A DNA stretch of 64,000 nucleotides from the NCBI GenBank assembly GCA_013239625.1, contig MU054187.1:2303757-2367756 (forward strand), read 5' to 3'. Position numbers and translations under genes: made by a program. How positions within the stretch are numbered: the stretch's first letter is position 1; each line of letters opens with the position of its first letter. The notes beneath the pieces were generated by a model, which searched no databases, was not told where the DNA came from, and saw nothing but the letters and a program-made list of their open reading frames with translations. Shown one piece after another: positions 25,775 to 38,404 of this stretch. Source of the stretch: Lama guanicoe. Taxonomy: Eukaryota.

Positions 25775-26170
25775 AAATAAACTAGTGAAACATGCAATGA
25801 CCTGGATGAATCCAGAGAATTGTGCTCAGCGGAAAAAGCCGATCTGGAAAGGTTGCACACTGTATGATTCCAGTTACACAACTTTCTTGAAACGCAAAAT
25901 ATTGGGGATGGAGAACCGATGAGTGGTTGCCAGGAGTTAAGGATGGAGCAGAAGGTAGTGGGTGTGGCTATTAAAGGGCCACAGGAGAGCTCCTTCTGTG
26001 GCGGAAACATTCTTGACTGTGCCAAGGTCAGTCTCCTGTTCGGATACTGTACTATAATTTTGCAATATGTTATCCTTGGGGGAAACTGAGGCAAGGGTAC
26101 ACAGGATTTCTCTCTGCTGTTTCTTACAATTGCATAGGAATCCACAATTACCTAAACATTAAAGGTTTGA
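25775..26170 (+). mobile_element. L1MC-like 3' end
   Basis: CCTGGATGAATCCAGAGAATTGTGCTCAG...GGGTGTGGCTATTAAAGGGC...TTGGGGGAAACTGAGGCAAGGGTACACAGGA. Confidence 0.82.
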
Positions 26171-26481
26171 CTTAAAGCATCCTTCCCCGGCACGGGTGAC
26201 TGGACTCTCATCACCACAGCTGCCTTTCAGCTTTCTCACCCCCAAGCCTCACTGCATCACTTCTCATCTCCATAGAAATCACAGGATCATTAAAGATCAT
26301 CTCATCCAAAGGTTTTCAAACTCTGCTCCCTTGAGTCCTAAGAATGAAGTTGCAGGAGGTACAGCCAACTTGGGTGGTCCAGGGAAGGAGATCTGCCAGT
26401 GCATCTCCACTAACACAGAGCAAGTCCACTTCTGTCTGTGATGAATACTGGGATTCCACTTATGTTAAATAGGGTTCTACT

Positions 26482-27142
26482 CTCTCCTACACTGTTGGTG
26501 GGAATGTAAATTGGTGCAGACTGAAAACAGAGTTACCCTATGATCCAGCAATCCCATTCCTGGGCATATATCCAGGGAAAATTCCAGTTAGAAAAGATAC
26601 ATGCAACCCAATGTTCATAGCAATGCTATTTACAGTAGCCCAGACATGGAAACAACCTAAGTGTCCATCAACAGGTGACTGGATAAAGAAGCTGTGGCAT
26701 AGATATATAATGGAATATTACTAAGTCATAAAGAAGAAGAAAATAATGCCTTTTGTAGCAACATGGATGAACCTGGAGATTATCGTACTAAGTGAAGTAA
26801 GTCAGACAGAAAAAGACAAATATCACATGAGATCACTTATAGGTGGGGTCTAAAAGAAATGTTAAATAAAACAAAATTTACAAAGCAGAAAGAGGGATAA
26901 ATTAGGAGTTTGGGATTAACGGATACACACTATATAAACTGTATATAAACAACAAGGACCTACTGCACAGCAGAGGGAACTACATTCAGTATCTTGTAAT
27001 AACTTATAGGGAAAAAGAATATGAATAAAATAATATATACATATGCATGTGTACCTGAATTTCTATGCTGTACACCAGAAACTAACACAACATTGTAAAT
27101 CAACTATACTTCAGAAAGGAAGGAAGGAAGGAAGGAAGGAAG
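26482..27142 (+). mobile_element. 5'-truncated L1 with (GAAG)n tail and target-site duplication
   Basis: CTCCTACACTGTTGGTGGGAATGTAAATTGGTGCAG...CATTGTAAATCAACTATACTTCA. TSD AGGGTT(C/T)TACT at 26471-26481 and 27143-27153. Confidence 0.9.
27114..27142 (+). repeat. (GAAG)n microsatellite at L1 tail
   Basis: gaaaggaaggaaggaaggaaggaaggaag. Confidence 0.9.
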
Positions 27143-27904
27143 AGGGTTTTACTGCATTATCATGTAGTAACTCATCTAGTAAAAGCTGGTGCATGTTTTA
27201 GACTTTAGAATATCTCCCCCGATTTTCCTTGTCCCAGCCGAGGGGCTATTAAAGCTGAGTTCAAACACCACTGGCTTGGGTGAGTCGCTTACCCTCACGG
27301 GGACGCCCTCTTCTCTGAAAGGAAGGTGACTACCGTGTCCTCACAGGAGGGCTGTTCTAAGCGGCAAATGAGAGGAGCCATGTACAGCCCTGGGCACAGG
27401 CCTTCCGAAAAATAGGACTCACGGCACGCAAGTTAATTTTAGAACCACTCCCTCTCGGCAACATTTCATGCTACACAACTCTAACAGGAAGCTCTTTATC
27501 CTGAGCCAAAAAGCCATCCCAACAGCACGGACCGGGTCCAGCTTTCCCCGGTCTCCTCAGTCCCTTTATGTCTGACCTACTTTTCAGTGCTGCCGACACA
27601 TTCTTAGACGTTCTCTGGTTTCCCACTGCTTCTCACACATTGTGACGGCCAAGCCTGAGCACAAGGCTCTGGGTATCCCCATGCCAGGACCCCTGATGGT
27701 TCTGTGTAGATCGTGTTTATGTAGGTACAGTAGCACAACCTGTAATCACCGTGCCCTTTGTTTACACTGTTCATTAAGATGCTTAAAAATGCTTAACAGA
27801 ATTTGTTCTGCTAAATGCATACCTAATTATATTTAAAAGCATTAATTACCTAGAATTTGTCAGATTTAAGTTTCCTCTGTTAGTGTAGTGTCAATCAGCA
27901 TGCG

Positions 27905-29628
27905 ACCCACATTAACAACCTAAGGAATAAATACTGTATGATCATCTCAATAGATACAGAAAACTTTTCACAAAATTCAACCTCCATTTACGATGAAAAA
28001 AACTCTCCATAAAATGGGCATAAAAGGGAACATACTTCAACATAATAAACGCCATATGTGACAAGCCCACAGCTAAAATCATACGCAATAGTGAAAAGCT
28101 AAAAGCATTTCCTCTAAGTCAGGAATAAGACAAGGATGCCCACTCCAGCCATTTTTACTCAAGATAGTATTGGAAATCCTACATAGCAACCAGACAAGGA
28201 AAAGAAGTAAGAGGAATGCAGACTGGAAAGGAAGTAAAACGGCCACTGTTCGCAGGCGACATGATACTATACATAGAAAACTCTAAAGATGCCCCCAAAA
28301 ATCTACTAGAACTCACCAATGAATTCAGTAAAGTTGCAGGATATGAAATTAATATACAGAAATCAGTTACATTTCTATACACTAATAATGAACTATCAGA
28401 AAGAGAAATTAAGAAAATCCCATTTACAATTGCATCAAGAAGAACAAAATACCTGGAATAAATCTAACGACGGAGGTAAAAGACCTGTACTCTGACAACT
28501 ACAAGACACTGATGAAGGAACAAACAAACGGAAAGATAAACTATGTTCATGGACTGGAAAAATTAATACTGTTAAAATGACCACACTACCCAAGGTAATC
28601 TGCAGATTCATTACAATCTGTATGAAAATATAAATGGCATTTTTCACATAAGTACAACAGACAATTCTAAAATTTGTATGGAAACATGGAAGAACTCAAA
28701 CAGCTGAAACAATCCTAAGAAAGAAGAACAGAGCTGGAGGAATCATGCTCCCTGAATTCAGGCTATACTACAAAGCTACAGTAATCAAAACACTATGGTA
28801 CTGGTGCAAAAAGAATAGAATCTTCCCATTGGTGATGACATGGATGGAGCCAAAGGGAGTTATGCTAAGTAAAATAAGTCTGACAAAGACAAATGCTGCT
28901 TGATTTCATTTATGTGTGGAACCTAAAAACAAATAAATATAACTAAACAGAAACAGAGTCAGAGACACAGAGATAAAACAAGTGCTACCAGAGGGGAAAT
29001 GAGAGACAGAGGTGAGGGGGATGAAGAGGTACAAAGTTCCAGTTACAAAATAAATGAGTCATGAATATGAAATGTACAGTGTGGGGAATACAGTCAATGA
29101 CTATGTAATGTTTTTGTGTGGGGACAGGTGGTAACTAGACTTACCTGGTTGGTGATCATTTTGAAATTATAGAAATATCAAATCACTATGCTGTGCACCA
29201 GGAACTAACATAGTGATGTAGGTCAATTATACTTCAAAACCAACCAAACTCATAGAAAAAGAAATCGTATTTGTGGTTATCAGAGGCAGGGAGTGGCGGG
29301 AGAGGGGAGGGATTGGATAAAGGTGGTCAAAAGGTACAAACTTCCAGTTATAAGATAAGTACCGGGGATGTAATGTCCAACATGATAAATATAATGAACA
29401 CTGCTGTATGTTATGTATAAAAGTTGTTAAGAGAATGACAGAGAGTTCTCATCCCAAAGAAAAAAGTTTTTTTCTATTTCTTTAATTTTTGTATGTATAA
29501 AAGATGGACGTTCAGTAAACTTACTGTGGTCAATTCATGACGTAAGTCAAATCGTAACACCGTACACCTTAAACTTATACAGTGCTAGATGTCAATTATA
29601 TCTCAATAAAACTAGAAGGAAAAAAAAA
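27905..29628 (+). mobile_element. L1 ORF2 reverse-transcriptase fragment, internal deletion, then 3'UTR and A-tail (inactive)
   Basis: ORF 28216 gives [15 protein letters not shown]...[14 protein letters not shown] (catalytic FADD changed to FAGD). Sequence jumps to 3'-end L1 near 28815 and ends TCTCAATAAAACTAGAAGGAAAAAAAA. Confidence 0.93.
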
Positions 29629-31119
29629 GAGGTGATTCTCAGAACAGATTTGGAATTTCATACTTGGGTACCCAATGACAGCTTCTAGACTGTTAATGGA
29701 ATAAATGATTAACTGGTCCTTTTTTAAAAAATGTTACCTACTTAGATTTTCTTTGTTGGATTTAGAATTCCACTGTTAGTGTTTGTGGTTTACTTGAAAG
29801 TGTTAAGCGGTATTAAATTTATGAAGGATTTAACCATTGAATGTTAATCAAAAACATGAAGCACAGAAAAAAATGAAAGTGATTGTTTTATAATTGTTAT
29901 AAATAAGTTCTGTAAGCTGAGTGTAAAGATTTAAAAGGAAAAAAAGGTGCCTAGAGATAGTTCATTTTAATATTTGGGATAATAATTAAAACATGAGGAC
30001 GTGGGAATACTGCTTCCCTGTACAAAAGCATTTCTTGGAGATTGCAGCTCTAACAATTTCCACCAGGACGACTGTCTACTTTACAACCACAGGGTTATGC
30101 AAAATGCAACTCAAATCATAAAGTGTGACATCACAGAATCAACGTGTTCTTACAAAATTCAGAAGACTTCAGTGTCGCTGGTTACCAGAACTTCTAGACA
30201 TGAGTGTCTTAAAAACCTAATAATTTCACAGACCGTTAACACCTTAACATCAAAACAGATCCTTTGCCAATGCAGACTCTGTCATTACCACTGTCTAGTT
30301 TTCTCCATGTTGTGGTAAGTAAAAATATCTAGGTCTAAGCAGTTTTGAAAACTTGAAACTTTCAGTCAAGAGAAAATTGGTTTGATCAGTCTACCTGTTT
30401 TCTTGGCAAATATGAAATCCACTCTTTAAGAAAAATCACTGAGTCACAGGAACCCACCGACCAAGGAGAACACCCATCACCCTAACTGCAGCTCCCACAG
30501 GGCTTCACACAGGGGGCGGGGCCTGTGGGTGTCTCTGCACAGGAGAACAACTCAGCCTGTAAACTGTTCATTTGCCTTACTGCCTTCACTCAGCAACTCG
30601 ACATTCAGAGAACTGCTAGGAAACGAATGAAAAATGAGACTCAGATCAGGTGACGAGGTTCAAAGGGCTCTGATCTGGGGTGGGGGTGCTCCATGCCATG
30701 TATGCCCCACTGAAGGCCTGGAGTTCCAGAATAAAGTGGTGATGGAGGTGGGGGGGTATATACTGGCAATACTTAAACTGAAAAGTATTAAAGGAAACAG
30801 ACTTAAGTTACTAAAATCCAATGCAATAAAATAATCTAAAGCTAAAATTCTTCACTGAGCTCCCTAAGCAAATCTTTTGGACCACGATGTGTTAAAAGTT
30901 AATTTAACATTTGGAGCTCTCTAAATGTTAGCAGAGGGTTACTGCAAAATGTATGTGTGGATGGACGGACAGATGGACGGACAGGAGACAGTGTAGATGT
31001 GCATAATCTCAAAACATTTACTTACCATTCACTACTTGGCAAAATCAGTTCTCCCAATCTGGTTGGGACAATAGGTATTTTTGTTAAAATGCAAGTAAGG
31101 AACAAGGAAAGAGAAAAGC

Positions 31120-31417
31120 ATATTTGGAGTGAGAATCCTTTAATAACTATATTCATTTCCAGAGAACAATAAATAGAGAAATGACAAGCAGTACATGTAA
31201 CAGTAGTATTTTCCTTAGGTACAGAAAGCATCTACTTTAATACAACTTAACGGGCAAATCCTTTTATCGGGAATCAGCATGGGGAAGAGCTACACAAGAG
31301 AAGAAAAGGACGCTAAAATGAGAAATTGTTTGTTCCTGACCCTCACTGCTGAGACCCTCACTCCAGGCCGTCGGTCCCCTGGAAGGGAGGCGGGAGACCC
31401 CGAGGCTGGAGGCCCGC
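31120..31417 (-). other. ATP6V1H: ATP6V1H 3'UTR (3' end approximate)
   Basis: Follows the stop codon and ends about 20 nt past an ATTAAA signal, which is followed by a U-rich tract. Confidence 0.7.
31139..31144 (-). terminator. Polyadenylation signal ATTAAA of ATP6V1H
   Basis: Minus strand reads GGAAATGAATATAGTT-ATTAAA-GGATTCTCACTCCAAATA, then TGCTTTTCTCTTTCCTTGTTCC as a downstream U-rich element. Confidence 0.7.
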
Positions 31418-31478
31418 TCAGCTCCGGGCGGCCGCGGTCTGCGGTTGTTCAGACTGGAGCTGTTTACCGAGGTATTCC
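31418..31478 (-). CDS. ATP6V1H: ATP6V1H terminal coding exon (61 nt CDS): EYLGKQLQSEQPQTAAARS*
   Basis: Manual translation matches the known C-terminus. Acceptor CCCTGTGTTTCAG; TGA at 31418-31420. Confidence 0.97.
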
Positions 31479-31689
31479 CTGAAACACAGGGACAGCAAGG
31501 TGGATTAGAACTTCAACAACACAGAAACTCTCAAAACTGGAGCACCACGTGTACTATCATTTATACTTACTTTAGTATCTAAAAACCAGTAAAACAGCCC
31601 CAGAAAACAAATCTTATCCCAACACCAAAAGTGCCCGCACCACAGGAATTCTGAACGCTCCGCGTACCGTGCACAGACAAGTGTTCTCC

Positions 31690-32945
31690 GAGCTCCCTGA
31701 ACCTGTGGTTTGGTGTCTGAGGTTAACTTGGGGGAAATCCTCAGTCACTGTCGTTCCAAGTGCTGCTTCTGTTCCTTTCTTTCTTTCTCTGATATTCGCA
31801 CCGCACGCATCTTACTTCTTTCGGAGCTGCCCCACAGGCCTTGGATACTCTGCTCTGGTTTTTTCGGTCTTGTTCTCTTTGCTTCTCAGTTTGGAGGTTT
31901 CTACTGATACACCCTCCAGCGCAGGGATTCCCGCCTCAGCTGTGTCCAGTCTGCTACTGAGTTACAGTGTTTCTGACCTCTAACGTTTCTCCTTCGGGAT
32001 CTCTTTCTGACGATTTCTGTCTCTCTGCTTAACCTGCCCGCTGTTACTGCATGCTGTCTACTTTATCCATTAGCGTCCTTAGCATATTAATCATAGCTGC
32101 TCCCAGTCTGGCAATTCCAACCTTCCTGCCACGGCTGGTTCTGATGTTTACTATGTCTCTTGTTCTTTTTTTCCCCCCCCTCAGCAATATTTTCTTGACA
32201 GCTGGACATGATGTGCCAGGCAAAAGAAACTGCTGTAAAGAAGCCTTCGGTACGCGGTGGTGAGGCGGGGGGAGAGGAAGCTTTCTGCAGTCCTCGGACT
32301 GGCTCCCAGTCCTTATCGAGCCTGTGCCTCAGGACTGTGACCTTCGCAGCTGTCCCTTAGGGTTTTTCTACCCCTTTGGGTGGAACAGGACGGCTAGGGT
32401 CAGCTAGAGTTAGTTACCTCCCTTCCCTCAGTTCGAACTCTGATAACCTCTCAGCAGGTTAGGCTCTGGTTACCCAGTCTCCCAAGTGCAGGCCTTGCTG
32501 AGAACAAAGGGCTCTGGTTCCCTTCCCCTCCCTGTGGCGGAGCCTGAGGGAATTTTTCTCAGATATTTATGGTGGGAAGCTGGTCTAGTTTCTGGAGGCA
32601 CATCTCACTATACATTGGGGGCCCTTATGATTGGGTCCCCCTGGAGTTTTTAACTCAGAAGTGTGCACGCACCCCAAGCCTCCTGCAATTCACTGATCAC
32701 TGTGCCGGCCTTCCCACGTGGCGCTGCTTCCCTCACTGGCTTCGCTCTGGGTCCCCGCGCCTGTAAGCCACAACTCCCTGTCTTCATTTGTCTCTCCAGG
32801 CTTGGCAGCAGCCGTGTGCCTGTGTCCTGCCCTCTCTGACAGATCCAAGAAAAGTTGATTTTTTTCAGTTAGTTCAGCTTTTTATTTGTTGTTTGGATGG
32901 AGTGGCTTCCAAGCTCCTTACATGCAGAACCGGAGACCAGAAGTC
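31690..32945 (-). mobile_element. Old L1 5'/ORF1 region (L1MC/MD-like) in last ATP6V1H intron
   Basis: TTGGGGGAAATCCTCAGTCACT...TTGGAGGTTTCTACTGATA...CCATTAGCGTCCTTAGCATATTAATCATAG. Confidence 0.75.
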
Positions 32946-33494
32946 TCTCCTTTCCTTTTTAAATGCTGGTTCTGCATCAGCAAGTAGTTACAACCAAAAT
33001 CAATCTGTACAATGCAAAGCGTGTCCCTAAATGGCCACAGGACACACACACCTAGTGACGTAACATGCCGTGTGCGAGAAACGTCCGTGCTGCTGCAAGG
33101 ACTCTCAAGGAGAAAGCTCATATTTTATTAGTTACAAAATTGGTATGTCAGCAAAGACCACATTCAAGGCCTGTTATAGACCCTTTTTTCTTGAATTACA
33201 TTCAGAATGTAAGATTCTTAAGTGCACAAGAGACAGGGTGCCTGACCTACCTTCTCCTACTATTTAAATCAGTGCCTGGCATATTCCAGGAGCTCAAGAA
33301 CTGCTGAATGCAAATAGTTGAAAAGTCCTACAGGGAAGTTAGAACCTGAAAAAAAGATCCATTTTTCTCCTGCGGAGAAACATCAGGAGAGACAACGCCA
33401 GCCGTTAAACCTACCAATCACCCCAGTCTAAGCGGCTCATTACCAGCAGAACGTCCAAACGACACGTGCAATTGTTTTAAATTAGGGAAAATTG

Positions 33495-33612
33495 CCAATA
33501 TTTTATACTAACCATAAATGGAGTGTAACCTTTAACAACTGCGAACCACCATACTGTGCCTGTAACTTAGATAATGTTGTACATCAACTATACTTCAATG
33601 AAAAAGAAAAAA
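33495..33612 (+). mobile_element. L1 3'-terminal fragment
   Basis: ATAAATGGAGTGTAACCTTTAACAACTGCGAACCAC...ACATCAACTATACTTCAATGAAAAAG. Confidence 0.75.
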
Positions 33613-34049
33613 ATATTTTAAATTAGAGTTTGCTTAAAAGACAAGAAAGTTCAACTAACCCCACAGTAGAGAAACCAATATTTTAGAAGGCAAGCCCTGT
33701 GTTTTAATGATAATGTAGTGGAAAGTGAACTAAATAAGTTTTATAATTAAGTTTGAAAGATCTCCTAGCCTATAAAAGTACTCTTTAGAGAATCATTTCC
33801 CCATAAGATATGTAAAAACTAAAATACACCAAATGTGGGCCAGTTGTTTCTCCAACATGAATCCATAATCACCTCTAATGAGTCTCAGAACTATTTAAAA
33901 AAAAAAAAAGCAACTATGCACATTTGAAATACAACAAACCAGGATGTAAGAGGTTTTTGTCTGATTTTGTTTGATAACTAAGAACACCAATTATAAACTG
34001 TGGGAAACACTGGCTTCCTCACTCTCACTTTTGCCCAAATCCAAGCTGT

Positions 34050-34530
34050 CTCCGGGTTTTAGAGATTCTATCCCCTTCAGCTCCTGGTCCTGCCTCACTA
34101 AACAGACGTCCTCCTTATCCACGGCCTGGATCAAATCTGCAGTCTCCTGACTGGCATTTTCCCTCCAGCCTTCCTCCTCCAAATCACAAGCCCCCACTGC
34201 CTCTCAAACAGTCCTTCTAAAATGACACATCATTTTTACTATCTGTCTGTAATTTTCCATAATCTCAGGAAAGAGCTGAAACTTCTCAGAACAGCAAAGA
34301 TGGCTTTTCATGATCTGGCCACTACTTATGTCTCCAGTTTTATTTTTAGCTTCAGAACCAAACTCCAGCTCCCCAAGGGGGTCAGCATCCCTCCAGCCTC
34401 AATGGGCCTGTACACACAGCTTCCTTCCTGGGGCCACCCCACTCCAGCTCCCCTCCTCCCCTCTCACCGGCCACCTCCTCCTGTCTGTTAATGCCTTCTA
34501 CATGCCCTCTGCCCAGAGCATTCCCGGGCC
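34050..34530. mobile_element. L2 LINE fragment
   Basis: CCTGGATCAAATCTGCAGTCTCCTGACTGG...CTTTTCATGATCTGGCC...TTCAGAACCAAACTCCAG. Confidence 0.6.
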
Positions 34531-37500
34531 TGGACTGGGCCTGCTCCCCACGTGGCCGCACAGCCCTCCCCCAGGACTATGAGGACACACTGCGCGTGCG
34601 AGTGGGGCTCCCCCCGGGCAGCGGGGCTCCCCGAGGGTTGCGGGCGTGCCCCACGCTGCCGTGAGACACAGACAAACGTCTTTCACCTTTAACCTACTGC
34701 TTTTCTGGGTTTCAGTTATGTCAGGAGCTGACCCTACCTCCTAATCATTTCTCTTCTTAAATAAAAATATCAGTGTCCACGTGCACTGGCTTTAATGCAA
34801 GTGTCTGTGACGAGGTCAATCCACCTGGCACGTCAAAGACGTTTCGGTAACGGCTCACTCCCACATTGACATAAACCCAAACACATGGCAGGACTCAGGT
34901 GTTTTTCAAACGCTGACGTCCTGAAACCTTCCTCACTGTTCTGCCTCAATGTGCAGCAGCCAAGGACGTTCCTAAAAGCATAACCTACGAACAACTTGGT
35001 CTGCAGAGCACTGACCACTGGCAAGAAGTCATTTAGCAGACAAAAAACAAGGTGAAGTGTTTAATTAGCAAAATGGAAATGAAAATTCTCTGTTTTAAAC
35101 ATTCTGGACCACAACTTATCCTCAAAACTATGCGAGAAATCATTCAGCTGAGAAGCAAGACCTGCCGCCTCAGCTGCCCACGTTTCTGGGGCTTTGCCGC
35201 GGATGAGAGCAACTCCAGCAGCAGTATGTATTCCGTTCTGTAGACAAATCTATACGTTTTTTAATTGATCAAGGATGGTTCAGTAACTGCAAATCAACTC
35301 AATGTGACGTGTACACCAGCAAAAGAAAGAACACATTTTCTTTAATATTTAACAATCATCCTTTTTACATGCTTATAATTTATCATACTTGATCTAATTT
35401 AACATATTATGGCAAAAAAAATTTTAATAGCAATTTTCTCCAAATTAGGAGCTGTTTTTTGTTCTAAAGCTTCAGTTCAATATTTTTCAGAAAACTAAGT
35501 GATCCGTTTTGTCACAATATGAAAAATCTATTCCTACAGCTCTAATTTTTTAAAAGTATTTATTTAATATATTAAATCCAAAGTCCTTAAAAAATTTTTA
35601 TTTCTACAAAGATAAATCAAAAAGGTTAAAGTAAATCATGGTTACCAAATACTGAATAGATGACACGCTACCATGCCACCAGGAGGAACTTCAGAATATA
35701 ATTTACAGAACAGAGGTCCAAACAACTAACATAGTCTGCTATCACCCAATAAGTAAATTCTGTATACTGGAAATCCCACAGCATTCAGAAAAGAGAGAGA
35801 GAGAGAAGTACGAGAAACAGCACTTCAAAGAGACTACAAAAAATTAAAAGGTGGTTTTTTTAAAACGTAAAATGATAAATAATAAAACAGAGGTAATTTC
35901 AAATACAGGTCCTTGGGGGAGGAAAAAAGCAGGTCTTTTACCTGCCGAGATAATACACCTCCCCGGCCAGCGCCTCAGCAACACTGCTTCTCTCCCGGCC
36001 ACAGCCCGGACGAGGGCCGCGCCACCTGACCCCGCTCACTTGTCTGCAGCGCGGCCAGTGCCTGATAAAGAGCGCAAACTACTCTGAACATTTCTGAAGA
36101 GTTACACTGCCTCCTAACCACTAAATACCCACCCCGCCCTCAAATTAAAAGTATGAAACATAAAGAGTTAATTCTTCAGCTATGAGGGAAGCACACGTTC
36201 AACATAAACTGGGCACCTACCCTCCCCAATTTACCAATTCATTTCAATGAATATTGATTTGCTAAATTAGGACAGACAACAGAGGCTTAATCTCACCAAT
36301 GGGAGGGATGTTGGCAAGGAAATGTGTCCACACATTTAAGAGCAGACAGTCCAGGCCTGAGCCCTGGGCCCTGGGAACAGTCCCACCCACCTCTTCAGCC
36401 CTTTCCCTCCATCAACCACCCGCCTCTCACATCTTCACTTTCTCCCGCTTGAGAGAAAAATCGCAAAACTGTTGTAGGTTGCCAAAAGATGACAAACTGG
36501 ATATATTTTATTTTAAACGTGTGTAGTAAGAAAAAATGATCTTAGAAAACAACGCAGGGGGTGTGTGTGTGTGCGTGTGTTTATGTGTACCCTTTCTCAT
36601 GCAGGCAGAACAAAATGAGACAAATGGAAAAATAATTATTTTACTAACATGAACGTATAATCACTTAACCAAACATTCACTTATATGCCTAATATGTGAA
36701 GAAAACCGGAGTCTGCAGTAATCGAAATGCCTGGTGACTAACCTTCGGAGAGCGTGTCAGTGCTGGGAGACCCCTGTGCGGCACAGCAAACCGCCAGCGC
36801 TGGCTTCCGCTGAAAAGCACAGTTAGCAGAAACGTTTCTAACAGCTTTGTAACATCTATCGTAAAAACACTCTAGAAGAGATCAAAGGTGTAAGGTCACT
36901 TTCAGAAAACCGTAACTGAGATGGGATGGCCACTCCCTGAAGAGCTAGAAGCAAACTCTCTCTCAACTGAGAAAGCAGCTGGACACAAATGGACCGACAG
37001 CACAGTGTCTGAACAAGCCTAAAATGTTCCTCATAAGATATTTCTAGGCTTTCTAGCAAGGTAGGAAAAAATCGTCCAGGAGACTGTCTTCATTTCAGGC
37101 ATCTACGAACACCTAACCCTTAAGGAAAACAGGCAAGAAGCTTCTGGAGGTGGAGCCGTACCGGGAGCCGACCCAGAGCTCCGACGCTGTGTCACCATGA
37201 GAAACACCATCTGTTAGGAAACCACTGGCCTGGTACTAACACTTTGGTACCTTCATACTGAATTCATTGTTTAAAATATAAGCTAAGGACTGGGGATAAA
37301 CTTCGTTTAACTCATATAAGGGGGTTTACACTTAGGACAGGTGCCAACTGCATCACTGTGCAATTCTATTAAAATGTAAATTTAACTGAAATTCAATTAA
37401 AGAAATCTGGAAGTGCTATATGTTTATTTAAAATCACATGGAATGTTTTAGTAACATGATTATTAATGCTAAAATGTTTAAACTTACATAAGGGTTTTTG

Positions 37501-38317
37501 GGTTTTCTTTTTTCTTCAATTCTGTTCATAAGTAACTGTTTTACTCACTGCATTTATGGCTGTGTTCTTACGGAATAACTAAAATATCCTAAGTAGATGT
37601 AAACATCAGAGAATAAAGCAGTATCACCCAGACCCTTGGCTCGGGGAGCACCTCTCTGTTACACTATTTACCTACATGTAAAGATCGAGAGGGTAACACT
37701 CAAAGAACTTACTATTCTGCTTGAACATTGGTTGAAAAAGAATCTGGAAACAAAGAGAAAATTCTACATGAGATCTTCTATCTACAAAATTCAGTGTTTC
37801 TTTCCTGAAGTCCTGAGCTGTCCATACGCACATATTGCTGCTTCTGAATTAGAGGCTGATTACATTTAGAATTGTTCTGTAGGAGAAAAATGGTGACATT
37901 TTATGATGTTAAATTATAACGTGTAAACTGAGGGTCCATATAAAAGTTTTCTAGAGTAAGCTGTCATTGGTTATATATGTTGCCAAATGTATGACTATAA
38001 ACATCCAGCCCAGCTCAAAAAGAAGAGGGACATACCAGGCACTGTGGGGACAGGGAGATCAGAGCCAGGAGGAGGGCGGGGCGGTGGGACTGACCAGCTC
38101 TAGGTCCCCTGAACTCCGGAGCACCCAGCGTGTACCCACAGCTGCCTCCCTCTCCAGCAACTCCATTCTGTCCCCCACGTCCACCTGCATCAGTCAGGGC
38201 TACATGCAACCCATGATTCCACGTAAACACAGGTGTCAAGTGGAAGGGACAAACGCTGCCTACTCTAAGACCTGCAGTTCACAGAAATGATTCTGAAATC
38301 AGTCATAAAATCGTGAC

Positions 38318-38404
38318 GGCCGGGCATAGCTCAGTGGTAGAGCGCATGCTTAGTGTGCACAAGGTCCTGGGTTCAATCCCCAGTACCTCTATTAAAAAAC
38401 AAAA
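38318..38404 (+). mobile_element. Short Vic-1-type tRNA-Ala-derived SINE
   Basis: GGGCATAGCTCAGTGGTAGAGCGCATGCTTAGTGTGCACAAGGTCCTGGGTTCAATCCCCAGTACCTCT plus A-rich tail. Confidence 0.88.

Noticed and set aside
28216..28461. ORF with a reverse-transcriptase-like motif
   Set aside because: Dead L1 ORF2 fragment with FADD changed to FAGD, stops, frameshifts and an internal deletion. Not a domesticated gene or novel RT system.
38318..38392. Apparent tRNA-Ala gene (also 10735-10805 and 55818-55890)
   Set aside because: Mutated anticodon arm or acceptor stem, extra 5' G-rich leader, A-rich tails and TSDs on two copies indicate SINEs, not tRNA genes.
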